Positions 11,735-21,531 are shown, counted from the stretch's first letter. The stretch is 38,453 bases of DNA from Nitriliruptoraceae bacterium (GCA_007134165.1 SLLJ01000408.1:1-38453); one strand, 5' to 3'. Numbers and translations: made by a program. The notes: a model not told the origin generated them from the letters alone.

Positions 11735-13246
11735 TCATCCGCGACGGGCCTGGGTCTTGATCCGGTTGGTGAGCTCCTGCACCTGGTCGTAGATCGCCCG
11801 CCGCTCCTGCATGAGCCGGGCGATCTTCGACTTGGCGTGCATGACCGTGGTGTGGTCGCGGCCACCGAAGGCCTTGCCGATCCGGGGCAGGGACAGGTCG
11901 GTGAGCTCCCGGGCGAGGTACATCGCGATCTGTCGCGCCGTGACCAACTGGCGGCTCCGGGACGGGGAGCACAGATCCTCGACGGTCAGGGAGAAGTAGG
12001 CGGCGACCTCGTCCATGATCAGCTGGAGGCCGATCTCACGCTCACGCTCGTCGGGGAACAGGTCCTTGAGCACGATCTCGGCCATCTGGCTGTCGGCGGC
12101 CGAGCGCTGCAGGCTGGCGAAGGCCGACACGCGGATCAGGGCACCTTCGAGCTCGCGGATGTTGGCCTGGATCTTGGAGGCGATGAGCTCGAGGACCTCG
12201 GGCGCGACTCCGAGTTGGTCGGTCTCGCACTTCTTGCGCAAGATCGCGATGCGAGTCTCGAGGTCCGGAGGTTGGACGTCGGTCATCAGTCCCCACTCGA
12301 AGCGGCTGCGCAGCCGGTCTTCGAGCTGGCCGATCTGCTTGGGGGGCCGGTCGCTCGAGATGACGATCTGCTTCTCGGCGTTGTGCAGCGCGTTGAAGGT
12401 GTGGAAGAACTCCTCCTGCGTGCGCTCCTTGTTCTCGAGAAACTGGATGTCGTCGATCAGCAGCACGTCGGCCCGCCGGTACAGCTGCTGGAAGGCGGTG
12501 TTGCGGTCGTCGCGGATCGCGTTGATGAACTCGTTGGTGAACTGCTCGGTGGTGACGTAGCGCACCCGCAGCCGCGGGTAGAGGTTGCGCACGTAGTGCC
12601 CGATGGCGTGCAGCAGGTGGGTCTTGCCGAGCCCTGCCCCGCCGTAGATGAACAGCGGGTTGTAGGACTTGGCCGGCGCTTCAGCGACCGCGGTTGCGGC
12701 AGCGTGGGCGAACCGGTTGGACGAGCCGATCACGAAGTCGTCGAACTGGTACTTGGGGTTGAGCTGTGGATCGACGACCTCGTTGCTGTCGGCGCGTGTG
12801 GTGCTCGGTCCGACCCGGACCACCGGACCCGAGGGCCGTCCCGGCGCGGTGAGCGGTGAGAGGTGCTCAGCGTTGTTGGTGTCGGGCTCGGGTGGCTCGT
12901 CGCGTGGAATCGGCGCCTCGGCCAGCGAGGGCGGCGGGGAGGAGTGCACGGACAGCTCAGCGTGTTCACTCAGTGGCTCCGGGTGGGCCTGCACGGTGAT
13001 CACGATCGTCAGGTCCCGCTCGGCAGCTTCCGACAGGGCGGCACGGATCCGGTCCCCGCAGCGGGTATCGAGCCACTCCCGGGCGAACGCGTGTGGGGTG
13101 GCGAGCACGATGGTGTCGTCGCTGTAGCCGACTGGATGTGTGGCGGCCAGCCACTGGCGTTGAGCGGGCGAGGTGATCGTCGGCAGGAGCCGACCCAGGC
13201 CATGGCTCCACAGCTGGTCGAGATCGAGCGTCGGGGTCGTTGGCAC
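11735..13246 (-). CDS. dnaA: Chromosomal replication initiator DnaA
   Basis: YNPLFIYGGAGLGKTHL, LLIDDIQF, GGRDHTTVMHA. Start placed at GTG 13246 (GAGGAG RBS) because the longer ORF runs through DnaA boxes and the promoter. Confidence 0.98.
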   Translation of the reverse strand: MPTTPTLDLDQLWSHGLGRLLPTITSPAQRQWLAATHPVGYSDDTIVLATPHAFAREWLDTRCGDRIRAALSEAAERDLTIVITVQAHPEPLSEHAELSVHSSPPPSLAEAPIPRDEPPEPDTNNAEHLSPLTAPGRPSGPVVRVGPSTTRADSNEVVDPQLNPKYQFDDFVIGSSNRFAHAAATAVAEAPAKSYNPLFIYGGAGLGKTHLLHAIGHYVRNLYPRLRVRYVTTEQFTNEFINAIRDDRNTAFQQLYRRADVLLIDDIQFLENKERTQEEFFHTFNALHNAEKQIVISSDRPPKQIGQLEDRLRSRFEWGLMTDVQPPDLETRIAILRKKCETDQLGVAPEVLELIASKIQANIRELEGALIRVSAFASLQRSAADSQMAEIVLKDLFPDEREREIGLQLIMDEVAAYFSLTVEDLCSPSRSRQLVTARQIAMYLARELTDLSLPRIGKAFGGRDHTTVMHAKSKIARLMQERRAIYDQVQELTNRIKTQARRG

Positions 13247-13327
13247 GGCCTGCTCCTCACCGTCGGTTCCAGGGGCCCGGTCGGCTCCTGCGACAGCATG
13301 CCCGGTCTCTGCCCACGCTGGTGAACT

Positions 13328-13359
13328 CTGTCCACAGACATGTCCACAGTTGTGGAGAA
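13328..13359. promoter_or_regulatory. DnaA-box cluster upstream of dnaA
   Basis: CTGTCCACA 13328-13336, ATGTCCACA 13340-13348, TTCTCCACA (rc) 13351-13359. Confidence 0.85.
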
Positions 13360-13471
13360 CAGGATCCGGGTTGTGGTCGGATAGCGCGGTGGGGGAAGGC
13401 CCTCCTCGGACGTCGCCACCGTGGACTCGGTGAGCCAGGACGGTGGGGGTGCACGATCGGGGCGGCGACGG

Positions 13472-13501
13472 ACCGTACACCGGGGCGGCGACGGTGGGCA
13501 A
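13472..13501 (-). promoter_or_regulatory. Putative SigA promoter of dnaA
   Basis: TTGCCC-N18-TACGGT on the minus strand. Confidence 0.6.
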
Positions 13502-13562
13502 CAACCAGGTTCGGTCACTGGCCGGACGGCCATGGTGCTCGCTGGCCCTTACGCGGTGGTGG

Positions 13563-13592
13563 TTGCCGGTGACGGAAGGCCGGGGCTACCCT
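13563..13592 (+). promoter_or_regulatory. Putative SigA promoter of the rpmH operon
   Basis: TTGCCG-N18-TACCCT. Confidence 0.6.
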
Positions 13593-13698
13593 CTGCTCCC
13601 CCGCCTGTCGCCGTGAGCGCCCGCGGACGTCGTCTGCTGCGTCCTGGTCCCGGGCTGCGGGTGGTCGCGCACGAACCCCCCGACCCAGGGAGCCTGCC

Positions 13699-13833
13699 GT
13701 GAAGCGCACCTTCCAGCCCAACCGACGCCGACGTGCCAAGAAGCACGGTTTCCGCGCGCGAATGCGCACCCGTGGTGGCCGCCGTGTCATCAACGACCGT
13801 CGACGGCGCGGCCGCGCGAAGCTGTCGGCCTGA
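13699..13833 (+). CDS. rpmH: 50S ribosomal protein L34 (not in the ORF track)
   Basis: Manual translation: [44 protein letters not shown]. Confidence 0.98.
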   Translation: MKRTFQPNRRRRAKKHGFRARMRTRGGRRVINDRRRRGRAKLSA

Positions 13834-13838
13834 CCGAC

Positions 13839-14177
13839 GTGTCGATTCCTGAGCGCCTTCGCCACCACGAGGACATCGTGGCGGCGCTGCGCGGTGTGCG
13901 CCGTAGTGGTCGATTGACCACACTGCACACCCGTGCGCGGCTGGACCACGGACCGGCGCGGATGGCGGTCGTGGCCTCTCGCCGGGTCGGTGGTGCAGTG
14001 CAACGAAACCGGGCCAAGCGGCTGTTGCGCGAGTCGGCACGAACGCTGGCGTGGCGTCCGGGCCATGATCTGGTGCTCGTTGCGCGCACGGGCTGCCCGC
14101 AGGCAGGCCTGCATGAGGTGCAAGGAGAGGTCGGGGCCCTGGCCCGGGATCTGGCCCTGCTCCAGGAGAGGGCGTGA
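13839..14177 (+). CDS. rnpA: Ribonuclease P protein component
   Basis: [19 protein letters not shown] (RNR motif); follows rpmH. Confidence 0.95.
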   Translation: MSIPERLRHHEDIVAALRGVRRSGRLTTLHTRARLDHGPARMAVVASRRVGGAVQRNRAKRLLRESARTLAWRPGHDLVLVARTGCPQAGLHEVQGEVGALARDLALLQERA

Positions 14178-14437
14178 GCAGCTCCGTCGAGCAGGGAACC
14201 CGACCGCAGCGGCCGTCGTTGCTGGGACGGATGGTGCTCGGGCTGCTCCACGTCTACCAGTGGACCGCGATGTTTCGCACGCCCCGGTGCCGCTTCCATC
14301 CCAGTTGCTCGAGCTACGCGGTCACGGCGGTCCGGCACCACGGCCCCGGACGTGGGGTGTGGCTCGCGGTTCGGCGTCTGGGTCGGTGTCACCCCTGGAA
14401 TCCGGGCGGGCTCGATCCCGTCCCCCCGAGGAAGTAG
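14174..14437 (+). CDS. yidD: Membrane protein insertion efficiency factor YidD
   Basis: [11 protein letters not shown]...[14 protein letters not shown]. Confidence 0.95.
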   Translation: MSSSVEQGTRPQRPSLLGRMVLGLLHVYQWTAMFRTPRCRFHPSCSSYAVTAVRHHGPGRGVWLAVRRLGRCHPWNPGGLDPVPPRK

Positions 14438-14443
14438 GCAGCG

Positions 14444-15610
14444 GTGGGCTCGTTCGGCAACTCGGTCATCACGTTCGTGGGCAACGTGCTCACGTTCCTG
14501 CACGATCTGATCGCCAGGGTCTCCTTCCTCGAGGCGGCGGCCTGGGGGTGGGCGATCATCATGCTCACGCTGTTCGTGCGGGTGCTGCTGCTGCCTCTGG
14601 CCATCAAGCAGACTCGGTCGATGCGTGCGATGCAGACGTTGCAGCCTCAGATGAAGGAACTGCAGAAGAAGTACAAGGTCGACCGTGAGTTGATGCGCAA
14701 GGACCCTGAGCGGTACCGCGCGCAGAAGCAGAAACTCAACGAAGAGATGATGGCCCTCTACCAGCGGGAGGGCGCGAATCCGCTGGCGAGCTGCCTGCCG
14801 CTGCTCGCTCAGGCTCCGGTCTTCATCGCGTTGTTCTGGACGCTGAGGGAGTTCGAGCCGCTACGCGGCCAGGAGTTCTACTTCTTCACCACGGTTGGCG
14901 AGGGCGGTCTCGAGATGCTGGTCAGCCAGGCCGGATGGCCGGGCTGGCTGCTGATCGTGCTGATGTCGGGAACGATGTTCTGGTCGATGCGCCAGATGAA
15001 TGCCCGCAACGCCGCTCAGATGGGTGACAACCCGATGGCGCAGCAGCAGAAGATCCTGCTGTATGTCATGCCGGTGTTCCTGGCCGTCATCTCGTTCCAG
15101 TTCCCGTTGGGCATCCTGCTGTACTGGGTCACGACCAACGCTTGGCAGGTAGCGCAGCAAGCCATCATTCTGCGAGAGATCGAGCGGGGCGATGCGGTCA
15201 AGGCGGAGACGCCGAAGGGCAACGGTCCGGACACCGGGACGTCGGGCTCACGGTCGCGAGGCGCGACCTCGGGTCGCCAGCCGCGGACGGACGGTGACGA
15301 GCCGGACGCCACGGGCGAGGACTCCAGAGGCAAGGATTCGAAGGGCGGGGGGTCCAGAGACAAGGATCCCGGGGGCAAAGATCCCGGCGACAAGGATCCC
15401 AAGGGCAGAGACCCCAAGAGTGGGGAGTCCACGGGCAAGGATGCGGGGTCCGACGCCACACCGCGACCGAGGCGAGGGAGCGGGTCGGGTCGTGGAACGA
15501 ACAAACGTTCGCCAAAAGCCGGGGAGAACGGCCGTTCTGGTCGGTCGGACAAACCATCGGGGGGCGGCTCTTCCAGACGGCGGGACCACCTTCCGCGTCG
15601 TACGGACTGA
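14444..15610 (+). CDS. yidC: Membrane protein insertase YidC with a long charged C-terminal tail
   Basis: WGWAIIMLT, LQPQMKELQKKY, SCLPLLAQAP, LLYWVTTN. Confidence 0.95.
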   Translation: MGSFGNSVITFVGNVLTFLHDLIARVSFLEAAAWGWAIIMLTLFVRVLLLPLAIKQTRSMRAMQTLQPQMKELQKKYKVDRELMRKDPERYRAQKQKLNEEMMALYQREGANPLASCLPLLAQAPVFIALFWTLREFEPLRGQEFYFFTTVGEGGLEMLVSQAGWPGWLLIVLMSGTMFWSMRQMNARNAAQMGDNPMAQQQKILLYVMPVFLAVISFQFPLGILLYWVTTNAWQVAQQAIILREIERGDAVKAETPKGNGPDTGTSGSRSRGATSGRQPRTDGDEPDATGEDSRGKDSKGGGSRDKDPGGKDPGDKDPKGRDPKSGESTGKDAGSDATPRPRRGSGSGRGTNKRSPKAGENGRSGRSDKPSGGGSSRRRDHLPRRTD

Positions 15611-15634
15611 TCACGCAGGAAACAGGAGTCAGGT

Positions 15635-16420
15635 ATGCCTTCCTTCCGCTCGACCTCCACCGGTGACCTCCCGGCTGCGCTGAGCGCCGCGATCGCTGCA
15701 GCGCTCGATTGCCCGGAGAGCGAGGTCCAGGTGGTCCTCAGCGCCGCTGGACTCGATGGTCCGGTCACCGTGCACCTCGAAATCGAGGGCCTCGCCGCCT
15801 CTGGAGTCGATGGTGACTCCGATGTCCTGGGTGACCAGGCGAGTGAGCCCTCGGATGCGGTCGAGCCGCCCGAGGTCGAGCCGCCCGAGGTCGAGCCGTC
15901 CGAGGTCGAGCCGTCCGAGGACGAGGCGTTAGATGAGGACGTAACTCACGACGAGGAGCCTCGCCTGGATCTGGACTCCGAGGCAGACGCAGCCGCCGAC
16001 TTCCTCGAGGGATTGCTCGATGCCTTGGATCTCCCTGGCGACCTGCGGATCCACGTGGCACCAGAGCAGGTCGAGATCGAGTTGCTCGACATCGGATCGG
16101 GGGTGCTGATCGGTCGGCGGGGACAGACCCTCGATGCGATCCAGGAACTCGCGCGGTGCGTGCTTCAGCGGGAGTTCCAGCGTCGCTCCCGGGTGTTGAT
16201 CGACGCCGAGGGTTACCGAGCACGTCGCCTCGAAAAGCTGCTCGAGAAGGCGGAGGAGGCGATCGACGCGGTGCTCGACACCGGGGAGCCGGAGCGGCTC
16301 GAGCCCATGGATGTCTTCGAGCGCAAGGCGGTGCACAACCTGGTCGCCGGCATCGAGGGAATCACCTCACGTAGTCAGGGCCGGGAGCCGGCTCGGCGGG
16401 TCGTGCTGGAGGCGGACTAG
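15635..16420 (+). CDS. jag: Jag/EloR (KhpB) RNA-binding protein, KH + R3H
   Basis: LIGRRGQTLDAIQ (KH), ERKAVH (R3H), SQGREPARRVV. Confidence 0.92.
   Translation: MPSFRSTSTGDLPAALSAAIAAALDCPESEVQVVLSAAGLDGPVTVHLEIEGLAASGVDGDSDVLGDQASEPSDAVEPPEVEPPEVEPSEVEPSEDEALDEDVTHDEEPRLDLDSEADAAADFLEGLLDALDLPGDLRIHVAPEQVEIELLDIGSGVLIGRRGQTLDAIQELARCVLQREFQRRSRVLIDAEGYRARRLEKLLEKAEEAIDAVLDTGEPERLEPMDVFERKAVHNLVAGIEGITSRSQGREPARRVVLEAD
15859..15918 (+). repeat. 4 x 15-bp tandem repeat GGTCGAGCCG(C/T)CCGA in the jag linker
   Basis: Read directly; encodes VEP(P/S)E repeats. Confidence 0.9.
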
Positions 16421-16441
16421 CGCCACGCCAACATCCGAGCG

Positions 16442-16477
16442 CGAGGCGGCTCCTGGAGCCGCCTCGTTGCGGTTTTT
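16442..16477 (+). terminator. Probable intrinsic terminator after jag
   Basis: Stem CGAGGCGGCTC-ctg-GAGCCGCCTCG followed by TTGCGGTTTTT. Confidence 0.7.
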
Positions 16478-16644
16478 GGGGTCGTGATTCCCCCTCACCA
16501 GGCAAAACGTGCAGAGATCGCCTCTGCCGAGCGATGGTGGGTTCCTGCAGCCTTCGGTAAGGGCCAGGTCCGGGGTGAGAGGTCGTCGTCCGGGAGGGAC
16601 CCGGTCTCGGGCTCCTCGGCTGACCGAGGATGTGGGTCAGGGTC

Positions 16645-16660
16645 GGTTCCACGTGAAACA
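16645..16660. promoter_or_regulatory. parS: parS site 1
   Basis: GGTTCCACGTGAAACA versus consensus TGTTTCACGTGAAACA. Confidence 0.9.
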
Positions 16661-16708
16661 CGGGGCGGGACCGGGAGTTCCCGGTCCGCGTGTCGCTAGC
16701 ATTGGCCC

Positions 16709-17371
16709 ATGGAACTCGACGACCTCAGTGATCGACAACGCGAATTGCTGCACGATTACGTCAGCATGGTGCAGTCCTCACCGCACAACCTCGTCTCCGC
16801 ACGAGCCCGGGGTGAGCTCTGGACCCGGCACGTTCCCGAGTGTCTCGCCCTTGCTCGGTTGCTCGTCGATCGGCGAGGGCCCTTGTTGGATCTGGGAAGT
16901 GGTGGGGGTCTGCCAGGCGTGATCCTGGCCGTTGCGCACCCCGGGCGTGAGGTGCATCTGATCGATGCCACCGCGAAGAAGACCCGCTTCCTCGAGGAGG
17001 TGAACGAAGCACTCGGACTTGAGATGACCGTCCACACGGGACGTGCCGAAGAGGTTTCACGTGGAACACTCAGGGGTCGCTTTGCCACCGTCACGGCCCG
17101 GGCCGTCGCGCCGTTGAACCGCCTCGTGCCACTGGCTGCCCCGTTCCTCGCTCCCACCGGGCTGCTCGTCGCGGTCAAGGGGGAGCGTTGGCGCTCTGAA
17201 CTCGAGAAGGCGGCCCCACAACTCCGTGCGCAACGTCTGGTGGTTCTGGGTAGCCCGGCGAGCCTCCCTCTGACCTTTCGGGGAGACCAACCCCTCCGAC
17301 TTGTTATGATCGGGCGTCGCGGTACTCCCTTGCTCCTCCCCGCGCTCCCCCGAAACTTGTGGGCCACGTAG
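16709..17371 (+). CDS. rsmG: 16S rRNA m7G527 methyltransferase
   Basis: HNLVS...LWTRHV, LDLGSGGGLPG, RAEE, TARAVAPL. Confidence 0.95.
   Translation: MELDDLSDRQRELLHDYVSMVQSSPHNLVSARARGELWTRHVPECLALARLLVDRRGPLLDLGSGGGLPGVILAVAHPGREVHLIDATAKKTRFLEEVNEALGLEMTVHTGRAEEVSRGTLRGRFATVTARAVAPLNRLVPLAAPFLAPTGLLVAVKGERWRSELEKAAPQLRAQRLVVLGSPASLPLTFRGDQPLRLVMIGRRGTPLLLPALPRNLWAT
17053..17068. promoter_or_regulatory. parS: parS site 2, inside rsmG
   Basis: GGTTTCACGTGGAACA. Confidence 0.9.
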
Positions 17372-17406
17372 AAGCCTGCGGGCGAGGCGGCGTTCTCGAG
17401 GTTTCC

Positions 17407-18309
17407 ATGACCGACAGCATCCCGGAACAATCGGCGGCGCGATCCGGGCGGATCGTGTGCATCGCCAACCAGAAGGGTGGGGTTGGGAAGACCACAACCG
17501 CGGTTTCCCTGGCGGCGGCACTCGCGGACCTCGACATCCAGGTACTCATGGTTGATCTCGATCCTCAGGGGAACGCGACCACCGGCATCGGCCTGCGGGT
17601 GGCGGAGGGTGATCCGAGCACCTACGGCGTCCTTGTGGACGGTCTGGCCGTGTCGGAGGCCGTGCAGTCCACCGCCAATGGCTGTCTCGACGTCTTGCCG
17701 TCGTCACTGGACCTTGCTGGGGCCGAAGTCGAACTCGTACCCGCGTTCTCGCGGGAGCACCGACTCCAACGCGCGCTGGAATTGGTGCGCGCCAACTATG
17801 ACGTGGTCCTGATCGACTGTCCGCCATCACTTGGCCTGCTCACGATCAACGCGCTCGTGGCCGCTGACGAGGTCCTGGTCCCGATCCAGTGCGAGTACTA
17901 CGCCCTGGAGGGCCTTGGACAACTGCTCCGCACGATCGAGTTGGTGGTCAACAACCTCAACCGCGATCTGACGCTGGGCGGCGTGGTCCTGACCATGTTC
18001 GATGGAAGGACCAACCTCTCACAGCAGGTTGTCGATGAGGTGCGCGCCTACTTCGGGGGGCAGGCGATGTCCACGGTGATCCCCCGAAGCGTCCGCCTGT
18101 CGGAAGCTCCGAGCTTCGGGCAGGCGATCACCCAGTTCGACCCGTCGAGTCGGGGGGCACGTTCCTACCAGCGATTGGCCCGCGAACTCGCTGAGCGTCT
18201 CGGCCTACTCGTGACGCAGGCAGACCGCTCACCGCTCGATCGTCTCCTCGGTGCCGAGGTTGCCGTCGAGGAGCAGCGCTCGCACCCTGATCAGGAGGAT
18301 CGATCGTGA
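17407..18309 (+). CDS. parA: ParA/Soj partition ATPase
   Basis: NQKGGVGKTTT, DLDPQGN, IDCPPSLG, QCEYYALEG; start placed at ATG 17407. Confidence 0.97.
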   Translation: MTDSIPEQSAARSGRIVCIANQKGGVGKTTTAVSLAAALADLDIQVLMVDLDPQGNATTGIGLRVAEGDPSTYGVLVDGLAVSEAVQSTANGCLDVLPSSLDLAGAEVELVPAFSREHRLQRALELVRANYDVVLIDCPPSLGLLTINALVAADEVLVPIQCEYYALEGLGQLLRTIELVVNNLNRDLTLGGVVLTMFDGRTNLSQQVVDEVRAYFGGQAMSTVIPRSVRLSEAPSFGQAITQFDPSSRGARSYQRLARELAERLGLLVTQADRSPLDRLLGAEVAVEEQRSHPDQEDRS

Positions 18310-19208
18310 CTCGGCGAACCGGACTCGGGCGCGGACTCGCCGCACTCATTCCCCCGGGTGAGGATGTCAAGGCAAGCCTCATCGAGGTCGACATCGACGC
18401 CCTCGTCCCGAATCCTCACCAGCCTCGCGAGGTCTTCGACGATGAGGAACTCGAGGGTCTGGCGGCGTCGATCAAGGACATGGGGCTGCTCCAACCCGTC
18501 GTGGTGCGGCAACGTGCCGAGCAAGGGTACGACCTCATCGCGGGCGAGCGCCGGGTGCGTGCGGCGAGGATGGCCGGCCTCGAACGGCTGCCGGCGATCG
18601 TGCGGCACACAGAGGATGCCGACCTGCTCAAGGAAGCACTCGTCGAGAACATCCATCGGGTGCAACTCAACCCACTCGAGGAGGCGGCCGCCTACCGCCA
18701 ACTCCTCGACGATTTCGGCTTCACCCAGGAGGAATTGGCGGCCTCGCTGGGCCGATCCCGTCCGTCCATCACCAACGCGATGCGGCTGCTCTCGCTGCCT
18801 GCACCGATCCAACGGCGGGTGGCTGCTGGCGTGCTCAGTGCGGGGCATGCCCGAGCGGTGCTCGGACTCCCTGGTGCCACCGAGCAGGAGGCGGTCGCCG
18901 AGCGCATCGTGTCCGAGGGCCTCTCCGTCCGCGCCACCGAGGAACTCGTCCGGCTCAAGCTCCTCGATGACCCTGAGACCGATCGGCGCCGCCGTCGATC
19001 CCCCCGACACCCCGTCCCTGGCGGCATGGTGGATCTCCAGGACGATCTCACCCAGGCCCTGCGGACCCGAGTCCGGATCTCCATGGGCGCGAAGCGCGGC
19101 AGAATGCAGATCGAGTTCGGGAGCGTCGAGGACCTCGAGCGGATTGTGGACGTCATCGCCCGTGGGCTCGAGGACGGCACGGTCCGTCCCGAGGGAACCG
19201 AGAGTTGA
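18306..19208 (+). CDS. parB: ParB/Spo0J partition protein
   Basis: GLGRGLAALI, PNPHQPR, GERRVRA, HTH TQEELA..LGRSR. Confidence 0.97.
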   Translation: MTRRTGLGRGLAALIPPGEDVKASLIEVDIDALVPNPHQPREVFDDEELEGLAASIKDMGLLQPVVVRQRAEQGYDLIAGERRVRAARMAGLERLPAIVRHTEDADLLKEALVENIHRVQLNPLEEAAAYRQLLDDFGFTQEELAASLGRSRPSITNAMRLLSLPAPIQRRVAAGVLSAGHARAVLGLPGATEQEAVAERIVSEGLSVRATEELVRLKLLDDPETDRRRRRSPRHPVPGGMVDLQDDLTQALRTRVRISMGAKRGRMQIEFGSVEDLERIVDVIARGLEDGTVRPEGTES

Positions 19209-19215
19209 CCGACGG

Positions 19216-19887
19216 TCAGGTCGTCCGGCGGATCACCGTGCCGTCGGCGGCACCCAGCAGAGCCTCGTGCGCAAGTCCGACGAAGAGCCCGGTCTCGACC
19301 AGTCCGGGGATCGACTGAAGCCGCGCATCGAACTCCGCCGGATCCGCGATGCCTCCCGGGACCACGGCATCGAGCAGCAGGTTGCCGTTGTCCGTCACCA
19401 CCGCCCGACCCTCCCTCTCCCGCCGTTCGACCTGGAGCCCCCAGGATTCCAGGCGGCGCAGCACCGGTGTGCCGGCGAACGGCACCACTTCGAGGGGGAG
19501 CGGGAAGCTGATCCCGAGACGCGTCACCTGCTTGTCCACGGTTGCAATGACGACGAAGCGACGTGCGAGGGAGGCTACGACCTTCTCGCGGAGAAGTGCG
19601 CCGCCACCACCCTTGGTGAGACACAGTCGCGGGTCGAGTTCGTCTGCGCCGTCGATGGCCAGGTCCAGCGCTGCTACCTCGTCGAGGGTGGTGAGCGGGA
19701 TCCCGAGCTCCTGGCAGCGACGGGCGGTGACCTCAGAGGTCGGCACGCCAACGATATCGAATGCACGTTCGGCCAAGAGGTCGAGCAGCGGGGCGACGGT
19801 GGAACCGGTGCCCAGACCGAGCACCATGCCCTCGGCGACCTCGTCGAGGGCCGCCCGAGCGGCAGCGCGCTTCGCTGGGTCACTCAT
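19216..19887 (-). CDS. rpiA: Ribose-5-phosphate isomerase A
   Basis: GLGTGST, DGADE, KGGGGALLREK, TDNGN. Confidence 0.95.
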   Translation of the reverse strand: MSDPAKRAAARAALDEVAEGMVLGLGTGSTVAPLLDLLAERAFDIVGVPTSEVTARRCQELGIPLTTLDEVAALDLAIDGADELDPRLCLTKGGGGALLREKVVASLARRFVVIATVDKQVTRLGISFPLPLEVVPFAGTPVLRRLESWGLQVERREREGRAVVTDNGNLLLDAVVPGGIADPAEFDARLQSIPGLVETGLFVGLAHEALLGAADGTVIRRTT

Positions 19888-20561
19888 CCGCTACCGCCAC
19901 GCCAGGTCTCCAGCAGCGTGGGCAGCTCGCCGAGCCCCTCGAGGACGAGATCGGGCTCGATCTCGTCGGGCAGTTCCTGCAGCTGACCCCACGGTCCGCG
20001 ACGCAGCCAGCAGGTCCGCCACCCCAGCGCGACCGCCGGGAGCACGTCGTTGTCGGCGCGGTCGCCGACGTACAGCAGGGTCTGCGGCTCGGGGTTCCCG
20101 AGCTGATCGCGCACGGCGGCGAAGAAGGCCGGATCGGGTTTGGCGTGCCCGAGTTGCTCCGAGGTGAGTACGGGCCCACCCGGCAACCCGAGCGCCTCGA
20201 GCTGCGGCCCTCGCCGGATCGGTTGGTTGCCGGCGAGCACGACACGCAGGCCGAGGTTCGTGAGCGCCTCGAGGCAGGGCCGCACGTCAGGGTAGAGGTC
20301 CGCTTCCCCGAACCCGCCGTAGCGGCGCTCGTGCTCGTCCTCGAGTCGTGGCCAGTCCAGGTTGGGGACCAGGTGCTCGAACACGGCCGCCACCGGCTCG
20401 CCCTGGCTGACCGCCGCGCCGAGCACGGCCCCGAAGGTCAGCGGGGAGACCCCGATCAGCTCGGCCCACAGCTGCCAGACGCGGCTCTCGTCGATCAGCA
20501 CCTCTCCAACGTCGAACACCACGGTGTCCGGCGCCGGCCCGTCGTCGGCCTCGGGGTTCAT
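19884..20561 (-). CDS. HAD-superfamily hydrolase
   Basis: FDVGEVL motif I, KPDPAFF, YVGDRADND. Confidence 0.88.
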   Translation of the reverse strand: MNPEADDGPAPDTVVFDVGEVLIDESRVWQLWAELIGVSPLTFGAVLGAAVSQGEPVAAVFEHLVPNLDWPRLEDEHERRYGGFGEADLYPDVRPCLEALTNLGLRVVLAGNQPIRRGPQLEALGLPGGPVLTSEQLGHAKPDPAFFAAVRDQLGNPEPQTLLYVGDRADNDVLPAVALGWRTCWLRRGPWGQLQELPDEIEPDLVLEGLGELPTLLETWRGGSG

Positions 20562-21499
20562 CGCACGGCCCCTCCGGGAACGGCCAGGGTCACCAGCCGC
20601 TCGCAGAGGTCGGCGAACGCCAGCCCCGCGGCCTGTGCCGCGATCGGAACCAGTGAGGTCTCGGTCAGTCCCGGGCAGGTGTCGAGTTCCAGCAGCCAGG
20701 GTCGGCCCTCGTCGTCCACGATGAGGTCGGCCCGGGACACGTGCCGGGCCCCGATCGCGCGGTAGGCGTCGGTGGCCAACTGCTCGCAGGCCAGCCGAAC
20801 GCCGGGTGCCACGCGGGCGGGGGCATGGAACTCGGTGGCACCCGCGGTGTAGCGGGCGGTGAAGTCGTAGGCACCGTCGCGTGGCTGGATTTCGACGGGG
20901 GGCAGCGGCTCACCGTCGAGCACGGTCACGGCGACCTCCGTGCCGGCCACGAAGGCCTCGAGCAGCACGGAGTCCGCGTAGCTGAAGGCGCCGACGATCG
21001 CCTGGGGCAGCGCGCTCGGCTCGTGGACGATGCTCAGCCCGAGACACGAACCGCCGGTCGCTGGCTTGACCACGACCTGCGAGCCCAGTGCGGCAGCGAC
21101 CCGGTCCAGCACCGCCACCGCCCCCATCTCCCGGAAGGCCTGCTGGGTGAGCGTGACGTTGGCCGGCACGCGCAGCCCGGCCCGCCGGTACAGCCCTTGG
21201 GCGATCGGCTTGTTCCAGGCCAGCGCACTGGCGAGCTCGTCGGGTCCGGTGTAGGGCAGCCCGATCAACTCCAGCAGCGACTGGATCGTCCCGTCCTCCC
21301 CGGCCGATCCGTGCAGCGCCAGGAAGGCGAGGTCGAAGCCGCCCGTCTCCAGTGACGGGATCAGCGTGGTGTCGACATCCAGACGGGTCACCTGGTGCCC
21401 TCGGTCGGTGAGTGCCGCGGCGACCCGCGCCCCAGATCGCAGGCTGACCTCCCGCTCGAGGGACAACCCCCCCGACAGCACGGCAACGGTGTGGGGCAC
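20558..21499 (-). CDS. D-Ala-D-Ala ligase-family ATP-grasp enzyme (divergent)
   Basis: GGLSLEREVSLRSG, ALHGSAGEDG, VKP, YDFTARY, ELDTCPGLTETS. Confidence 0.88.
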   Translation of the reverse strand: MPHTVAVLSGGLSLEREVSLRSGARVAAALTDRGHQVTRLDVDTTLIPSLETGGFDLAFLALHGSAGEDGTIQSLLELIGLPYTGPDELASALAWNKPIAQGLYRRAGLRVPANVTLTQQAFREMGAVAVLDRVAAALGSQVVVKPATGGSCLGLSIVHEPSALPQAIVGAFSYADSVLLEAFVAGTEVAVTVLDGEPLPPVEIQPRDGAYDFTARYTAGATEFHAPARVAPGVRLACEQLATDAYRAIGARHVSRADLIVDDEGRPWLLELDTCPGLTETSLVPIAAQAAGLAFADLCERLVTLAVPGGAVR

Positions 21500-21531
21500 G
21501 GTGGGCTCCTGACGGATCTCGGGGTGGGGGC

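Noticed and set aside
13247..13504. N-terminally extended DnaA (589 aa)
   Set aside because: The extension covers DnaA boxes and the promoter; a good RBS precedes GTG 13246
17399..17414. Third parS at the parA start (GGTTTCCATG...)
   Set aside because: Only a partial half-site with no palindrome
16430..17420. Somewhat lower GC around rsmG as horizontal transfer
   Set aside because: rsmG is in its conserved position with parS sites, and there are no mobility signatures
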